Positions 44,231 to 55,249 of a stretch of DNA of 64,000 nt are shown piece after piece (the first letter of the stretch is position 1; each line of letters opens with the position of its first letter). Made by a program: the position numbers and the translations under genes. The notes beneath the pieces were generated by a model, which was given only the letters and a program-made list of their open reading frames with translations, was not told the DNA's origin and did no database searches. This DNA comes from Struthio camelus (Eukaryota), in assembly GCF_040807025.1 (NCBI RefSeq), contig NC_090973.1, positions 981,853-1,045,852 of the forward strand. Direction: 5' to 3'.

Positions 44231-44361
44231 TGCTGAGGGGCGCCGGCAGGGGGAGAGGGGCGGCAGCGGGTGCCGGGGAGCGGCAGCGGGCGCTTGGGGG
44301 GGGTGCCCCCCACCCATAGGTGCCCCCCACCCATGGGTGCCCCCCCCCCCCGGGCCGGCAG

Positions 44362-44502
44362 GTGGTGCGCATGGTGCTGCGGCACCACGAGGAGCAGCGG
44401 CAGCGCGAGGAGCGGGCCAAGCGGGAGGAGCAGGCCAAGCTGCGCCGCGTCGCCGCCTCCATCGCCCGCGAGGTCAAGCACTTCTGGAGCAACGTGGAGA
44501 AG
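44362..44502 (+). CDS. SRCAP: SRCAP exon (HSA domain part 2)
   Basis: AG acceptor 44360-44361. Encodes VVRMVLRHHEEQRQREERAKREEQAKLRRVAASIAREVKHFWSNVEK. GT donor 44503. Confidence 0.88.
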
Positions 44503-44504
44503 GT

Positions 44505-47250
44505 GCCGGGGCTACCGCCCCCCCCCCGGGTGGCTACCGACACCCCTGGGTGGCTACCGACCCCCCCCCCGGTGGCTACCGACCCCCCCCCGGGCCCCCT
44601 GACACGCTGCCTCGCTCCGCTTGGCGTCTCTGTCCCGTCACCCCCCTTCATGGCTCTGCTGACCCCCCCTCGTGTGGCTACTGACCCCCCCTCATGTGGC
44701 TACTGACCCCCCCTCATGTGGCTACTGACTCCCGTGGGTGGCTACTGACTCCCGTGGGTGGCTACTGGCCCCCCCACGCGGCTACGGGCGCCCCTGACAC
44801 GCTGCGTCGCTCCGCTTGGCGTCTCTGCTGCGTCGCCACCTTTCATGGCTCTGCTGACGCCCCCCCATGTGGCTACTGACTCCCATAGGTGGCTACTGAC
44901 TCCCATAGGTGGCTACTGACTCCCATAGGTGGCTACCGACCCCCCCCCCGGCCCCCTGACACGCTGCCTCGCTCCGCTTGGCGTCTCTGTCCCGTCACCC
45001 CCCTTCATGGCTCTGCTGACCCCCCCTCATGTGGCTACTGACCCCCCCTCATGTGGCTACTGACCCCCCCCTCATGTGGCTACTGACCCCCCCCTCATGT
45101 GGCTACTGACTCCCGTGGGTGGCTACTGACTCCCGTGGGTGGCTACTGGCCCCCCCACGCGGCTACGGGCGCCCCCGACACGCTGCGTCGCTCCGCTTGG
45201 CGTCTCTGCTGCGTCGCCACCTTTCATGGCTCTGCTGACGCCCCCCCCAGGTGGCTACTGACTCCCCCAGGTGGCTACTGACTCCCCCAGGTGGCTACTG
45301 CCCCCCCCCCCGGCCCCCCCGACACGCTCCGTCGCTCTGCTTGGTGTCTCTGCCACGTCGCCACCCTTCATGGCTCTGCTGGCCCTGGGCGGCTACCAAA
45401 CCCTCCCTGGGTGGCTACTGAACCCCCCCATGCGGCTACAGGCCCCCGGTTGTGCTCTGTTGCTCTGCATAGCCCTGGGCTACCAAATAACAACCCCCCC
45501 CCCCCCAGGTGGCCACTGGGTCGTGTCTGACAAGCCCTGGGCTACCAACCTCGCTAGGTGGCTAGCAAACGCCCCAGGTGGCTACCAACCTCCCTAGGTG
45601 GCCACCATCCCATGTCCTGCTAGTGCTGGGCTACCAGACCTTTTTCAGTGGCCATGTGGCATGTCTCACTAGCCCTGGGCTGGCTACCGACCCTTGTTGG
45701 TGGCCCCCCACCCCATGTCCCACTAGCCCTGGGCTACCAAACCACTTTGAGCAGCCACGTGGCATGTCCCACTAGCCCTGGGTGGCTACCAACCCCCCCC
45801 CCAGGTGGCCATCACCCTGTGTTGACCAGCCGTGGGCTACTAGACCTCTCAGCGGCCACATGGCGTGTCTTGCTAGCCCCAGGTGGCTACCAAACATCCC
45901 AGGCGGCTACCAGCCCCCCTTTAGGTGGCCCCCACCCCATGTCCCGCTAGCCCCCGGCTACCAAACCTCTCTCAGTGGCTGTGTCTCGCCAACCCTGGGT
46001 GTCCGTGACCCCTCCTGGGTGGCTAACACCCGACCGGGTGGCTACCAAACACCCCCTAGGTGGCCACCATCCCCTCCCAGTGGCTCCCAAGTCCCCCTAG
46101 GTGGCCACCATCCCCTCCCAGTGGCTCCCAAGTCCCCCTAGGTGGCCACCAACCTGCTCCAAGTGGCTCCCAGCCCCTCCCCGGTGGCCACCGACCCCCC
46201 TCCGTGGGCAACCAGCTCCCTCCAAGTGACAACTGACCTCCCCAAGTGGCCACCAACCCCCCTCCTAGGTGGCTCCCAATCCCCCCAAGTGGCCACGAAC
46301 CCCCCCCAAGTGGCCACCATCCCCCCTCCAAGTGGCTCCAGCCCCTGCCAGGTGGCTACCCACCCCCCAAGTAGCCCCCAACCCCCCCCAAGTGGCCACC
46401 ATCCCCCCCTCCAAGTGGCTCCAGCCCCTGCCAGGTGGCTACCAACTCCCCCGAGGTGGCTACCCCCCCCCCAAATGGCTCCCAACCCCCTCTAGGTGGC
46501 TACCAACTCCCCCCAGATGACTCCCAACCCCCTCTAGGTGGCTACCAACCCCCTCGAGATGGCTACCATGCCCCCTCTAAGTGGCTCCAGCCCCTGCCAG
46601 GTGGCTCCCAACCCCCTCTAGGTGGCTACCCCCCCCCAAATGGCTCCCAACCCCCTCTAGGTGGCTACCAACTCCCCCCAGATGACTCCCAACCCCCTCT
46701 GGTGGCTACCAACCCCCTCGAGATGGCTACCATGCCCCCTCTAAGTGGCTCCAGCCCCTGCCAGGTGGCTCCCAACCCCCTCTAGGTGGCTACCCCCCCC
46801 CCAAATGGCTCCCAACCCCCTCTAGGTGGCTACCAACTCCCCCCAGATGACTCCCAACCCCCTCTAGGTGGCTACCAACCCCCTCGAGATGGCTACCATG
46901 CCCCCTCTAAGTGGCTCCAGCCCCTGCCAGGTGGCTCCCAACCCCCTCTAGGTGGCTACCAACTCCCCCCAGATGGCTCCCAACCCCCCGTAGCGGCCAC
47001 CAACCCCTCTGAGGTGGCTACCATGCCCCCTCCAAGTGGCTCCCAACCTCCACCAGGTGGCTACCATCCCCTCCAAGCGACAGCCAACCCCCCAAGTGGC
47101 TCCCAGCCCCTCCCCAAGTGGCTACCCACCCCCTAAATTGGCTCCCAAGCCCCTCCAAGTGGCCACCAATCCCCTCCAGGTGGCTCCCATCCCCACCCCG
47201 ATGCCTCCGTCTGGGGGCCGGGGGAGGCTGGGGGCCGGCGGGGGGGGGGC
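44505..47250. repeat. C-rich minisatellites in the SRCAP intron: ~20-30 bp gtggctactgacycccc(gtgggt) (44505-45300) then ~40-bp ccccaagtggctcccaaccccctctaggtggctaccaac with ~351-bp higher-order units (45300-47230)
   Basis: Near-identical ORFs at 46435 and 46786 are offset by 351 bp. Confidence 0.9.
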
Positions 47251-47285
47251 CGGCACTAGCCCGTCACCCCCCCCCCCCCCGGCAG

Positions 47286-47454
47286 GTGGTGCAGTTCAAG
47301 CAGCAGTCGCGGCTGGAGGAGCAGCGGAAGAAGGCGCTCGACCTGCAGCTCGACTTCATCGTGGGCCAGACCGAGAAGTACTCGGACCTGCTGAGCCGCA
47401 GCCTCAACGCCCCCCGCGCCCCCCCCGGGCGGCCCCCCCGGCCCGACGACGAAG
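47286..47454 (+). CDS. SRCAP: SRCAP exon
   Basis: cag acceptor 47283-47285. Encodes VVQFKQQSRLEEQRKKALDLQLDFIVGQTEKYSDLLSRSLNAPRAPPGRPPRPDDE(G). GT donor 47455. Confidence 0.85.
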
Positions 47455-47639
47455 GTGGGGGCGCCCGAGGGGGCCGGCGGGGGGGGCGTATGGGGTCCTC
47501 TGGGGGTGATACGAGGTGCTCCGGGGGGGGTATAGGGGAGTTACGGGGGGTGAGGGAGCTTCTCTGGCCCTGGGGGTGGGGGGGGAGTGTCACGGGGGGG
47601 ATATAGGGTGCTAGGGAGCTCTTATGTCCCCGGCAGGGG

Positions 47640-48480
47640 GGCACCAGGTTGGGGCCTCAGGGGCACCCATGGGTGCTGGAGGGGAGCTGGGGGGCACCAC
47701 GGGGGTGATGCAGGGGTGCTATGGGGAGCTGGGACCACCCCCGTGTGCTGGGGGGGCCACCTAGGACCCTGCCACAGCCCCCCAAGAGGCCACCCAAGGG
47801 TGCTGGCCCCCCTCCCACCCCAAAAGGGCCACCCAAGGGTGTGGGGGGCCACCTAAGACCCTGCCACAGTCCCCCAAGAGGCCACCCAAGGGTGCTGGTC
47901 CTCCTCTCACCCCAAAGAGGCCACCCAAGGGTGTGGGGGGCCACCTAAGACCCTGCCACAGTCCCCCAAGAGACCATCCAAGGGTGCTGGCCCCCCTCCC
48001 ACCCCGAAAGGGCCACCCAAGGTTGTGGGGGGCTACCTAGGACCCTGCCACAGCCCCCCAAGAGACCATCCAAGGGTGCTGGCCCCCCTCCCACCCCGAA
48101 AGGGCCACCCAAGGTTGTGGGGGGCCACCTAGGACCCTACCATAGCCCCCCAAGACATCACCCAAGGGTGCTGGTCCTCCTCTCACCCCAAAGAGGCCAC
48201 CCAAGGGTGTGGGGGGCCACCTAAGACCCTGCCACCGTCCCCCAAGGGTGCTGGTCCTCCTCTCACCCCAAAGAGGCCACCCAAGGGTGTGGAGGCCACC
48301 TAGGACCCCCCCCCCCCAGGTAGCACTCCAGATTTCAGGTTCCCCCCACCCCAAAGGGGCCACCCAAGGGTGTGGAGGGGCCACCTAGGCCCCACTCCAT
48401 CTAGGTGCCACCCATGGGTGCTGCCCCACCCCCTCCAAGAGGCCACCCAAGGGTGTTGGGCGCCCCCCCCCCCCCCGTCC
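47640..48480. repeat. ~120-bp tandem repeat ccacctaagaccctgccacagtcccccaagaggccacccaagggtgctggtcctcctctcaccccaaagaggccacccaagggtgtgggggg
   Basis: About 6 units, carrying a CCACCCA(A/T)GGGTG motif. Confidence 0.9.
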
Positions 48481-48547
48481 TGGCCCCGCTCGCCCCTCCT
48501 TAGCCCGGGGGGCGGCAGGGGCACCCACGGGCGCCGCCACCCCGCAG

Positions 48548-48723
48548 ACGGGGACTTCCAGCCGCACGAGGAGTCGGACGACGAGGCCACCATCGAGGCG
48601 GAGGAGCGGCAGGAGGGCAACGACCGCGAGAGCCGCCGCCGCGAGCTCGAGCTGCTCAAGCGCGAGGGGCAGCTGCCCCTCGAGGAGCTGCTGCCCCCCC
48701 AGCTGCTGGCCCGACCCCCCCAG
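48548..48723 (+). CDS. SRCAP: SRCAP exon
   Basis: cag acceptor 48545-48547. Encodes (D)GDFQPHEESDDEATIEAEERQEGNDRESRRRELELLKREGQLPLEELLPPQLLARPPQ, versus human DGDFQPQEDEEEDDEETIEVEEQQEGNDAEAQRREIELLRREGELPLEELL. gtaggg donor 48724. Confidence 0.85.
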
Positions 48724-48820
48724 GTAGGGCCCGTCGTGGTCCCCGCCGCCACCCGCGGGTGCCCCCCCTGCCCCCGACCCGCGGGCGCTCCCCCTCACCC
48801 GCCCCCGCGCTCGCCCGCAG

Positions 48821-48917
48821 CCGCCCGCCCGCTCGCCGCCGCCGCCCCCGCGCCGCCCCCGCCGGCCCTGGACGCCCCGGCAGCGCCGCCACGGCTTCGC
48901 CGCCCGCCGCCGCCACG
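48821..48917 (+). CDS. SRCAP: Tentative small SRCAP exon required for reading-frame continuity
   Basis: cgcccgcag acceptor (48818-48820) and gtgagtg donor (48918). At 97 nt it is the only arrangement I found that joins the phase-0 end of the previous exon to the phase-1 start of the exon at 51258. It encodes a P/R-rich peptide, PPARSPPPPPRRPRRPWTPRQRRHGFAARRRH, which is not conserved with human. Confidence 0.3.
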
Positions 48918-48919
48918 GT

Positions 48920-51245
48920 GAGTGCCGCCCCGCGTCACCCGCCCGGGGTCACCCCCTCTGCCCGGTGTCACCCGCCTGCTCCGTGTCCTCCCGCTCCCGG
49001 TTTCACCCGGCTGCTCCGTGTCTTCCTTCTCCTGGTTTCACCCTCCTGCTCCGCGTTCTCCCCCCGGCGTTGCCGCCCAGCGCTGCGTCCCCCTGGCGTC
49101 ACCCGTGTGGCGTCGCTCTGCTGCTCTGTGTCACCCTTTTGTGGTGTCACCCGCCTGCTCCGTGTCCTCCTGCTCCGCGTTCTCCCCCCGGCGTTGCCAC
49201 CCAGCGCTGCGTCCCCCCGGCGTCACCTGTGTGGCGTCGCTCTGCTGCTCGGTGTCACCCTTGTGCGGTGTCACCCTTTTGTGGTGTCACCCGCCTGCTC
49301 CATGTCCTCCTCCTCCGTGTTCTCCCCCCGGCGTTGCCACCCAGCGCTGCGTCCCCCCGGCGTCACCCGTGTGGCATCACTCTGCTGCTCGGTGTCACCC
49401 TTGTGCGGTGTCACCCTTTTGTGGTGTCACCCGCCTGCTCCGTGTCCTCCTGCTCCGTGTTCTCCCCCCAGCGTTGCCACCCAGCGCTGCGTCCCCCTGG
49501 CGTCACCCGTGTGGCATCGCTCTGCTGCTCGGTGTCACCCTTTTGTGGTGTCACCCGCCTGCTCCATGTCCTCCTGCTCCCGGTTTCACCCTCCTGCTCC
49601 GTGTTCTCCCCCCGGCGTTGCCACCCAGCGCTGCCTACCCTGGTGTCACCCCTGTGGCGTTGCTCTGCTGTTCTGTGTCACCCTCTTGCGGTGTCACCCG
49701 CCCGGTGTCACCCATCCACTGTGTGTCCTCCTCCTCCTGGTTTCACCCTCCTGCTCCATGTTCTCCCCCCGGCGTCGCTACCCAGTGCTGCGTCCCCCTG
49801 GCGTCACCCTGCTGCTCTGTGCCACCCTTGTGCGATGTCACCTGCCCGGTGTCACCTGCCCACTCTGTGTTCTCCCCCTCACCTCAGTTTCACCCTCCTG
49901 CTCCCCCTAGTGTTGCTGCCCAGCTCTGTATCCCCTGCCCTGGTGTCACCACCTTGGTGTCACCCCACCGTTCCATGTCACCTGCCTGGTGTCACCCGCC
50001 CACTCTATGTTGTCCCCATTTAGCGTGACCTTCGTGCTCCGTGTCTTCCCGCCGCGTCACGTTTGTGCTGCGGGTTTTTATGGTGTCAGTCGCGTAGCGT
50101 TGGGCTACTGCTCCTTGTCACCGTTTTGTGGTGTTACTTGCCTGATGTCACCCACTCAGCTGGTGTCGCCCACCCACTTTGTGTGCTCCACCCCCCAGCG
50201 TCGCCCTCCTGCTCCGTGTTTCCTCCGGTGTCACTGTCCTGCTCTGTATCCCTGCGTTGTCACCCCTACAGCGCTGCTCCTTGTCACCCTTGGACGGTGT
50301 CACCTGCCTGGGGTCACCCGCTCACTCTGTGTCCTCCCCATGGTGTCACCCGCCCTCTCCACATTCCCCCCCCCCCCCCCGGTGTTGCTGCCAGGTTCTG
50401 TATCCCTCTACTGACATCGCCACCCTGCTGTCACCCCACTGCTCCTTGTCAGCTTTTCGCAGTGTAACTTGCCCAGCATCACCTGCCCACCTGGTGTCAC
50501 CCGGCTGCATGGTGTCTTCTCCTCCCTGGTGTTATCCTCCTGCTCTGTGTGTCCTCCTGGTGTTGCTGCTCACCTCTGTATCTCCCTACCGACATCACCA
50601 CCACCCTGGTGTCACCCAGCTGTTGCTTGTCACCCTTTCGTGGTGTCGGCTCCCTGCTTCGTGTCTCCCCTGGTGTCACCTATCTGCTCTGTTCTCTCTC
50701 TACCAGTGTCGCCCACCTGGTGTCACCCCCCTCCCCATCGGGTGTCACTTGCCCAGCTGTCTTTCCCCTGGTGTCACCTACTCGGCTCTGTGTTTTTTCC
50801 CCAGTGTCACCCACCTGGTCTCACACGTCCGCTCCGCGTCCTCCCCCCGGTGCCACCTCCCCTTTTGTGTCACCCCCTTACATGCTGTCACCCACCTGCT
50901 TTGTGTCCTGCCCCCACAGTGTCACCTCTCTGTCCTGTGTCCTCCCCCCACGGCATCACCCCCGTCAGCTCCGTATCCCACAGTTGGTGTCACCATCCTG
51001 ATGTCACCCCCTCTGCAAGTGTCACCCGCCTCCTCCGTGTCACCCCAGCTCCGGGCTACACCCCCCCCCTCCAGCGTCACCCACCCACTCCACGTCCCCC
51101 ACAGCCACCCAGCGTCACCACCCCGGTGTCACCCCCCCCCCGCCCTGCAACACCTCCCCAGCGTCACCCTAGCTCCGTGTCACCCCTCCCCGGTGTCACC
51201 TCGGCTCTGTGTCACTCCTTCCGGTCCGCGTGTCCCCCCTCCCCC
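48920..51245. repeat. C-rich ~60/120-bp minisatellite (tgtcacccgcctgctccgtgtcctcctgctccgtgttctccccccggcgttgccacccagcgctgcgtccccc)
   Basis: The track shows long repetitive ORFs (48759..49910 and others). It fills a SRCAP intron. Confidence 0.9.
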
Positions 51246-51257
51246 CGCCCCCCGCAG

Positions 51258-51347
51258 CCGAGGACGAGGAGGAGACCATCGCCGCCCAGGAGCGCCTCGA
51301 GGGCGACGTGGACCACAAGAAGGAGCTCGACGACCTGGCCCGCGAAG
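51258..51347 (+). CDS. SRCAP: SRCAP exon
   Basis: cag acceptor 51255-51257. Encodes (A)EDEEETIAAQERLEGDVDHKKELDDLARE(G), versus human EDEEDTIAAEEQLEGEVDHAMELSELAREG. gtaggg donor 51348. Confidence 0.85.
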
Positions 51348-51615
51348 GTAGGGGCGGCGTCCCCCACGGCCCCCCGCGCGGCCCCCTGCCGCCACGCGCG
51401 GCCCCGAGCACTCCAACAGGTCCCCGCCCCCCCACCCAGCCGTGGGCCGGGATTTGGTAGCTGGTGCTCAGAGCAGCGGCTCCGGCGCAACCCGCGGCCG
51501 GGCTGCCCCGTGCCCGCCGCGCCACATACCCGGAGCGACACGGGTGGGCGGGCGGCGCGGGCGGGTGGGCGGGCGCGGGGCGGCCCCCGTGACGGCCCAT
51601 GTGGGCCCGGCGCAG

Positions 51616-51765
51616 GGGCGCTACCCATGGAGGAGCTGCTGGAGAAGTACGCGGGCGCCTTCGCCGACTCGGGCAGCTCCGAGGCCCCTTCCGAGCCCGG
51701 CTCCGGTTCCGGTTCCGGCTCCTCCGCCTACGACTCCCCCGAGGACGCCAGCAGCACCCGCTCGG
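51616..51765 (+). CDS. SRCAP: SRCAP exon
   Basis: cag acceptor 51613-51615. Encodes (G)ALPMEELLEKYAGAFADSGSSEAPSEPGSGSGSGSSAYDSPEDASSTRS(G), versus human ELSMEELLQQYAGAYAPGSGSSEDE. gtatgt donor 51766. Confidence 0.8.
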
Positions 51766-51779
51766 GTATGTCGGGGGGG

Positions 51780-52800
51780 GCCACCGAGGGGTGTCGGGAG
51801 CACTCGTGGGTGTTCGAGCTGCCAGAGGGTGTTGGGGATACCCATGGGTGCTGGGGTTGATCGAGGGCGCTAGAGCCACCCACGGGTGCTGGGGCCACCC
51901 ATGAGTGCTAGAGCTGCTGACGGCTGCTGGAGCCACCTCCAGGTGTCGGGGCCACCACTGGGTGCTAGAGCTGCCAAGGGGTGTTGGCAGCACCTGTGGG
52001 TGTTAGAGCCATCATTGGGTGCTGGGGCCACCCATGGGTGCTGGGGCCACCCTCAGGTGTTGGGGCCACCCATGGTTGCTAGAGCTGCCAAGGAGTGTCA
52101 CGGGCACCCATGGGTGTTAGAGCCATCATTCATGCTAGAGCCACCGACGGGTGCTGGGGCCACCCATGAGTGCTAGAGCTACTGATGGGTGCTGGGGCCA
52201 CCCCTGGGTGCTAGAGCTGCCAAGAGGTGTTGGGGGCACCCGTGGGTGTTAGAGGCATCATTGGGTGCTGGGGCCACCCATGGGTGCTGGGGTCAGTCAA
52301 GGGTGCTAGATCCACCAATGGGTGCTGGTGCCACCCTCAGGTGTCAGGGCCACCCCTGGGTGTTAGAGCTACCAAGGGGCGTCGGGGTCACTCACGGGTG
52401 TTAGAGCCACCCATGGGGGTTAGAGCCTTCCCTCGATGCTGGGGCCACCACCATGGGTGCTAGAGCCACCCGTTGATATCAGAACCACCTGTGGGTGCTA
52501 GCGGCACCACTACGGGGGCTACAGCCGCCCCCAAGCGTCAGGGCCGCCAATGGGTGTTGGCTTCACCCGTGGGTGCTGCAGCTCCCCTTAGATGCTGGGA
52601 CCACCCACGGGTGCTAGTGCCACTGCTGTGGGTGCCAGAGTCACCCACTGGTGTCAGGGCTACCCACGAGCGCTAGAGCCGCCTGCGGGTGTCAGGGTCC
52701 TCCACAGATGGTAGAGCCACCCCTGGGTGTCAGGGTCACCCGTCGGTGCTGGTGTCACCCCCGGGGTGCTGGAGCCCCCTCCATGGGTGCCTGGGCCACC
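51780..52800. repeat. ~21/63-bp minisatellite gccacccatgggtgctagagc / ccacccatgggtgctggggccaccc built on the palindrome CACCCATGGGTG
   Basis: More than 30 copies. The track ORFs show (LGPPMGARAAKGCWGHPWV)n. Confidence 0.9.
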
Positions 52801-52852
52801 CTGGGGTGCCGGCCCCGCTCACGGCACCCCCCCACCCCGGACGACCCCGCAG

Positions 52853-53181
52853 ACTCGCCGGCGGCCGAGAGCGAGGAGGACGAGGAGGAGGAGGAGGAGG
52901 ACGATGACGAGGACGAGGAGGAGGAGGAGGAGGACGACGAGGAGGACGAGGAGGTCGAGGAAGACGAGGAGGAGGAGGACGAAGAAGGGGCGGCGGCGGC
53001 CGGCGCCGAGGAGGAGGACCGCGGGGAGGACTGCGGCGTGGCCTACCTGCTGCAGGGCGACGAGGAGCGGGCGGGCGCCCCGCCGGCCGCCCCGGCCCCG
53101 GCCCCCAAGGCCGAGATCACCGACATCGCCGCCGCCGCCGAGAGCCTCCAACCCAAGGGCTACACCCTGGCCACCACCCAG
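52853..53181 (+). CDS. SRCAP: SRCAP exon (acidic stretch plus conserved [25 protein letters not shown])
   Basis: AG acceptor 52851-52852. Encodes a D/E-rich run, then [49 protein letters not shown], versus human FGVEYLLARDEEQ...[27 protein letters not shown] donor 53182. Confidence 0.88.
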
Positions 53182-53257
53182 GTGGGCCCCGAACCCGCCC
53201 CCTCCCCCCTTCCCCGGCACCCGCCCCACCTCCGCGCTGACGCCCCCCCCCCCGCAG

Positions 53258-53435
53258 GTGAAGACGCCCATCCCGCACCTCCTGCGCGGCACCCTGCGCG
53301 AGTACCAGCACATCGGCCTCGACTGGCTCGTCACCATGTACGAGAAGAAGCTCAACGGCATCTTGGCCGACGAGATGGGCCTGGGCAAGACCATCCAGAC
53401 CATCTCCCTGCTGGCCCACCTGGCCTGCGAGAAGG
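53258..53435 (+). CDS. SRCAP: SRCAP exon (SNF2 ATPase, Walker A GLGKT)
   Basis: cag acceptor 53255-53257. Encodes [59 protein letters not shown](G). gtgag donor 53436. Confidence 0.9.
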
Positions 53436-53439
53436 GTGA

Positions 53440-54480
53440 GGGGGCTGCCGGGGGCCGCCCGAGTGCCTCCCGGCCCCTTGGGGGGGGGGACTGGGGGGGG
53501 TTGGGTGTTGGTGACGGTGTGCAGGCACCTCGAGAGCTGCTCGTGGTGTTGGTGGGAGGTGCCGCGGGGTGTGGGGTGGTGTTGAGCGTGTGTGAGTGGC
53601 TCGGGGGCTGTTCGTGGTGGTGGTGGGAGGTGCCAGGGGGTTGTGGGTATTGGGGATGGTGTGCAGGCACCTTGGGGGCTGCTCAGGGTGTTGTTGGGAG
53701 GTGCTGGGGGGGTTGGGTGTTGTTGAGCATGTGCTGGCACCTTGGGGGCTGCTCAGGGTGTTGTTGGGAGGTGCTGGGGGGGTTGGGTGTTGTTGAGCAT
53801 GTGCTGGCACCTTGGGGGCTGCTCAGGGTGTTGTTGGGAGGTGCTAGGGGGTTGTGAGTGTTGTTGGTTGTGCGTGGGCACCTCGGGGGCTGCTCGTGGT
53901 GTTGTTGGGAGGTGCTGGGAGGTTGTGGGTGTTGTTGGTTGTGTGTGGACACCTTGGGCTGCTTGTGGCATTGTTGGGAGGTGCCGGAGGGTTGTGGGTG
54001 TTGGTTGTGTGTGGACACCTCAGGGGCTGCTCGTGGCGTTGTTGGGAGGTGCCGGAGGGTTGTGGGTGTTGTTGGTTGTGTGTGGACACCACAGGGGCTG
54101 CTCGTGGCGTTGTTGGGAGGTGCTGGGAGGTTGTGGGTGTTGTTGGTTGTGTGTGGACACCTCAGGGGCTGCTCGTGGCGTTGTTGGGAGGTGCTGGGAG
54201 GTTGTGGGTGTTGTTGGTTGTGTGTGGACACCTCAGGGGCTGCTCGTGGCGTTGCTGGGAGGGGCCGGAGGGTTGTGGGTGTTGTTGGTTGTGTGTGGAC
54301 ACCACAGGGGCTGCTCGTGGCGTTGTTGGGAGGTGCTGGGAGGTTGTGGGTGTTGTTGGCTGTGTGCAGGCGGCTCGCGGTGTTGTTAGGAGGTGCCAGG
54401 AGGTTGTGAGCGTTGGCGGTTGCGCGCGGGCGCCTCGAGAGCTGCTCGGCCGTTTCACCCCGCGGCTCCTGGGTGCTCCG
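53440..54480. repeat. G/T-rich ~60-bp minisatellite (ggctgctcgtggcgttgttgggaggtgctgggaggttgtgggtgttgttggttgtgtgtggacacctcag)
   Basis: About 16 units in the SRCAP intron between the GLGKT and SWGPHLII exons. Confidence 0.9.
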
Positions 54481-54540
54481 AGGGTACCCGGGACCCCCCC
54501 CGCCCCCGTCCCGGGGCTGACGCCCGCCGCCCCCCCGCAG

Positions 54541-54677
54541 GCAGCTGGGGCCCCCACCTCATCATCGTACCCACCAGCGTCATGCTCAACTGGGAGATGG
54601 AGCTCAAGCGCTGGTGCCCCAGCTTCAAGATCCTCACCTACTACGGGGCGCAGAAGGAGCGCAAGCTCAAGCGGCAG
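54541..54677 (+). CDS. SRCAP: SRCAP exon (SNF2 ATPase)
   Basis: cag acceptor 54538-54540. Encodes (G)[45 protein letters not shown]. gtgagg donor 54678. Confidence 0.9.
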
Positions 54678-54776
54678 GTGAGGGCGGCGGCGGGCCGGGT
54701 CGGGAGGCGGCGGGGTGCAGCCCCGACCCCCCTCACCCCGACCCGGCTCTGTGCCCCCCTGCCCCCCCCCCCGCAG

Positions 54777-54946
54777 GGCTGGACCAAGCCCAACGCCTTC
54801 CACGTGTGCATCACCTCCTACAAGCTGGTGCTGCAGGACCACCAGGCCTTCCGGCGCAAGAACTGGAAGTACCTCATCCTCGACGAGGCCCAGAACATCA
54901 AGAACTTCAAGTCGCAGCGCTGGCAGTCGCTGCTCAACTTCAACAG
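54777..54946 (+). CDS. SRCAP: SRCAP exon (SNF2 ATPase, DEAQ box)
   Basis: cag acceptor 54774-54776. Encodes [56 protein letters not shown](S). GT donor 54947. Confidence 0.9.
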
Positions 54947-55053
54947 GTGGCGGCGGCCGCCCGCGCCGGGCGCCCCCCCCCCCTCCCCGCCGTTGTCACC
55001 CGCGGGCCCTCACCGCCCTTTCTTTTGTCCTTCTTCCCGGCGGCGGGGGGCAG

Positions 55054-55246
55054 CCAGCGGCGCCTGTTGCTGACGGGGACGCCGCTGCAGAACAGCCTCA
55101 TGGAGCTGTGGTCGCTCATGCACTTCCTGATGCCCCACGTCTTCCAGTCGCACCGCGAGTTCAAGGAGTGGTTCTCCAACCCCCTCACCGGCATGATCGA
55201 GGGTAGCCAGGAGTACAACGAGAGCCTCGTCAAGCGGCTCCACAAG
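55054..55246 (+). CDS. SRCAP: SRCAP exon (SNF2 ATPase)
   Basis: cag acceptor 55051-55053. Encodes (S)[66 protein letters not shown] donor 55247. Confidence 0.9.
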
Positions 55247-55249
55247 GTG

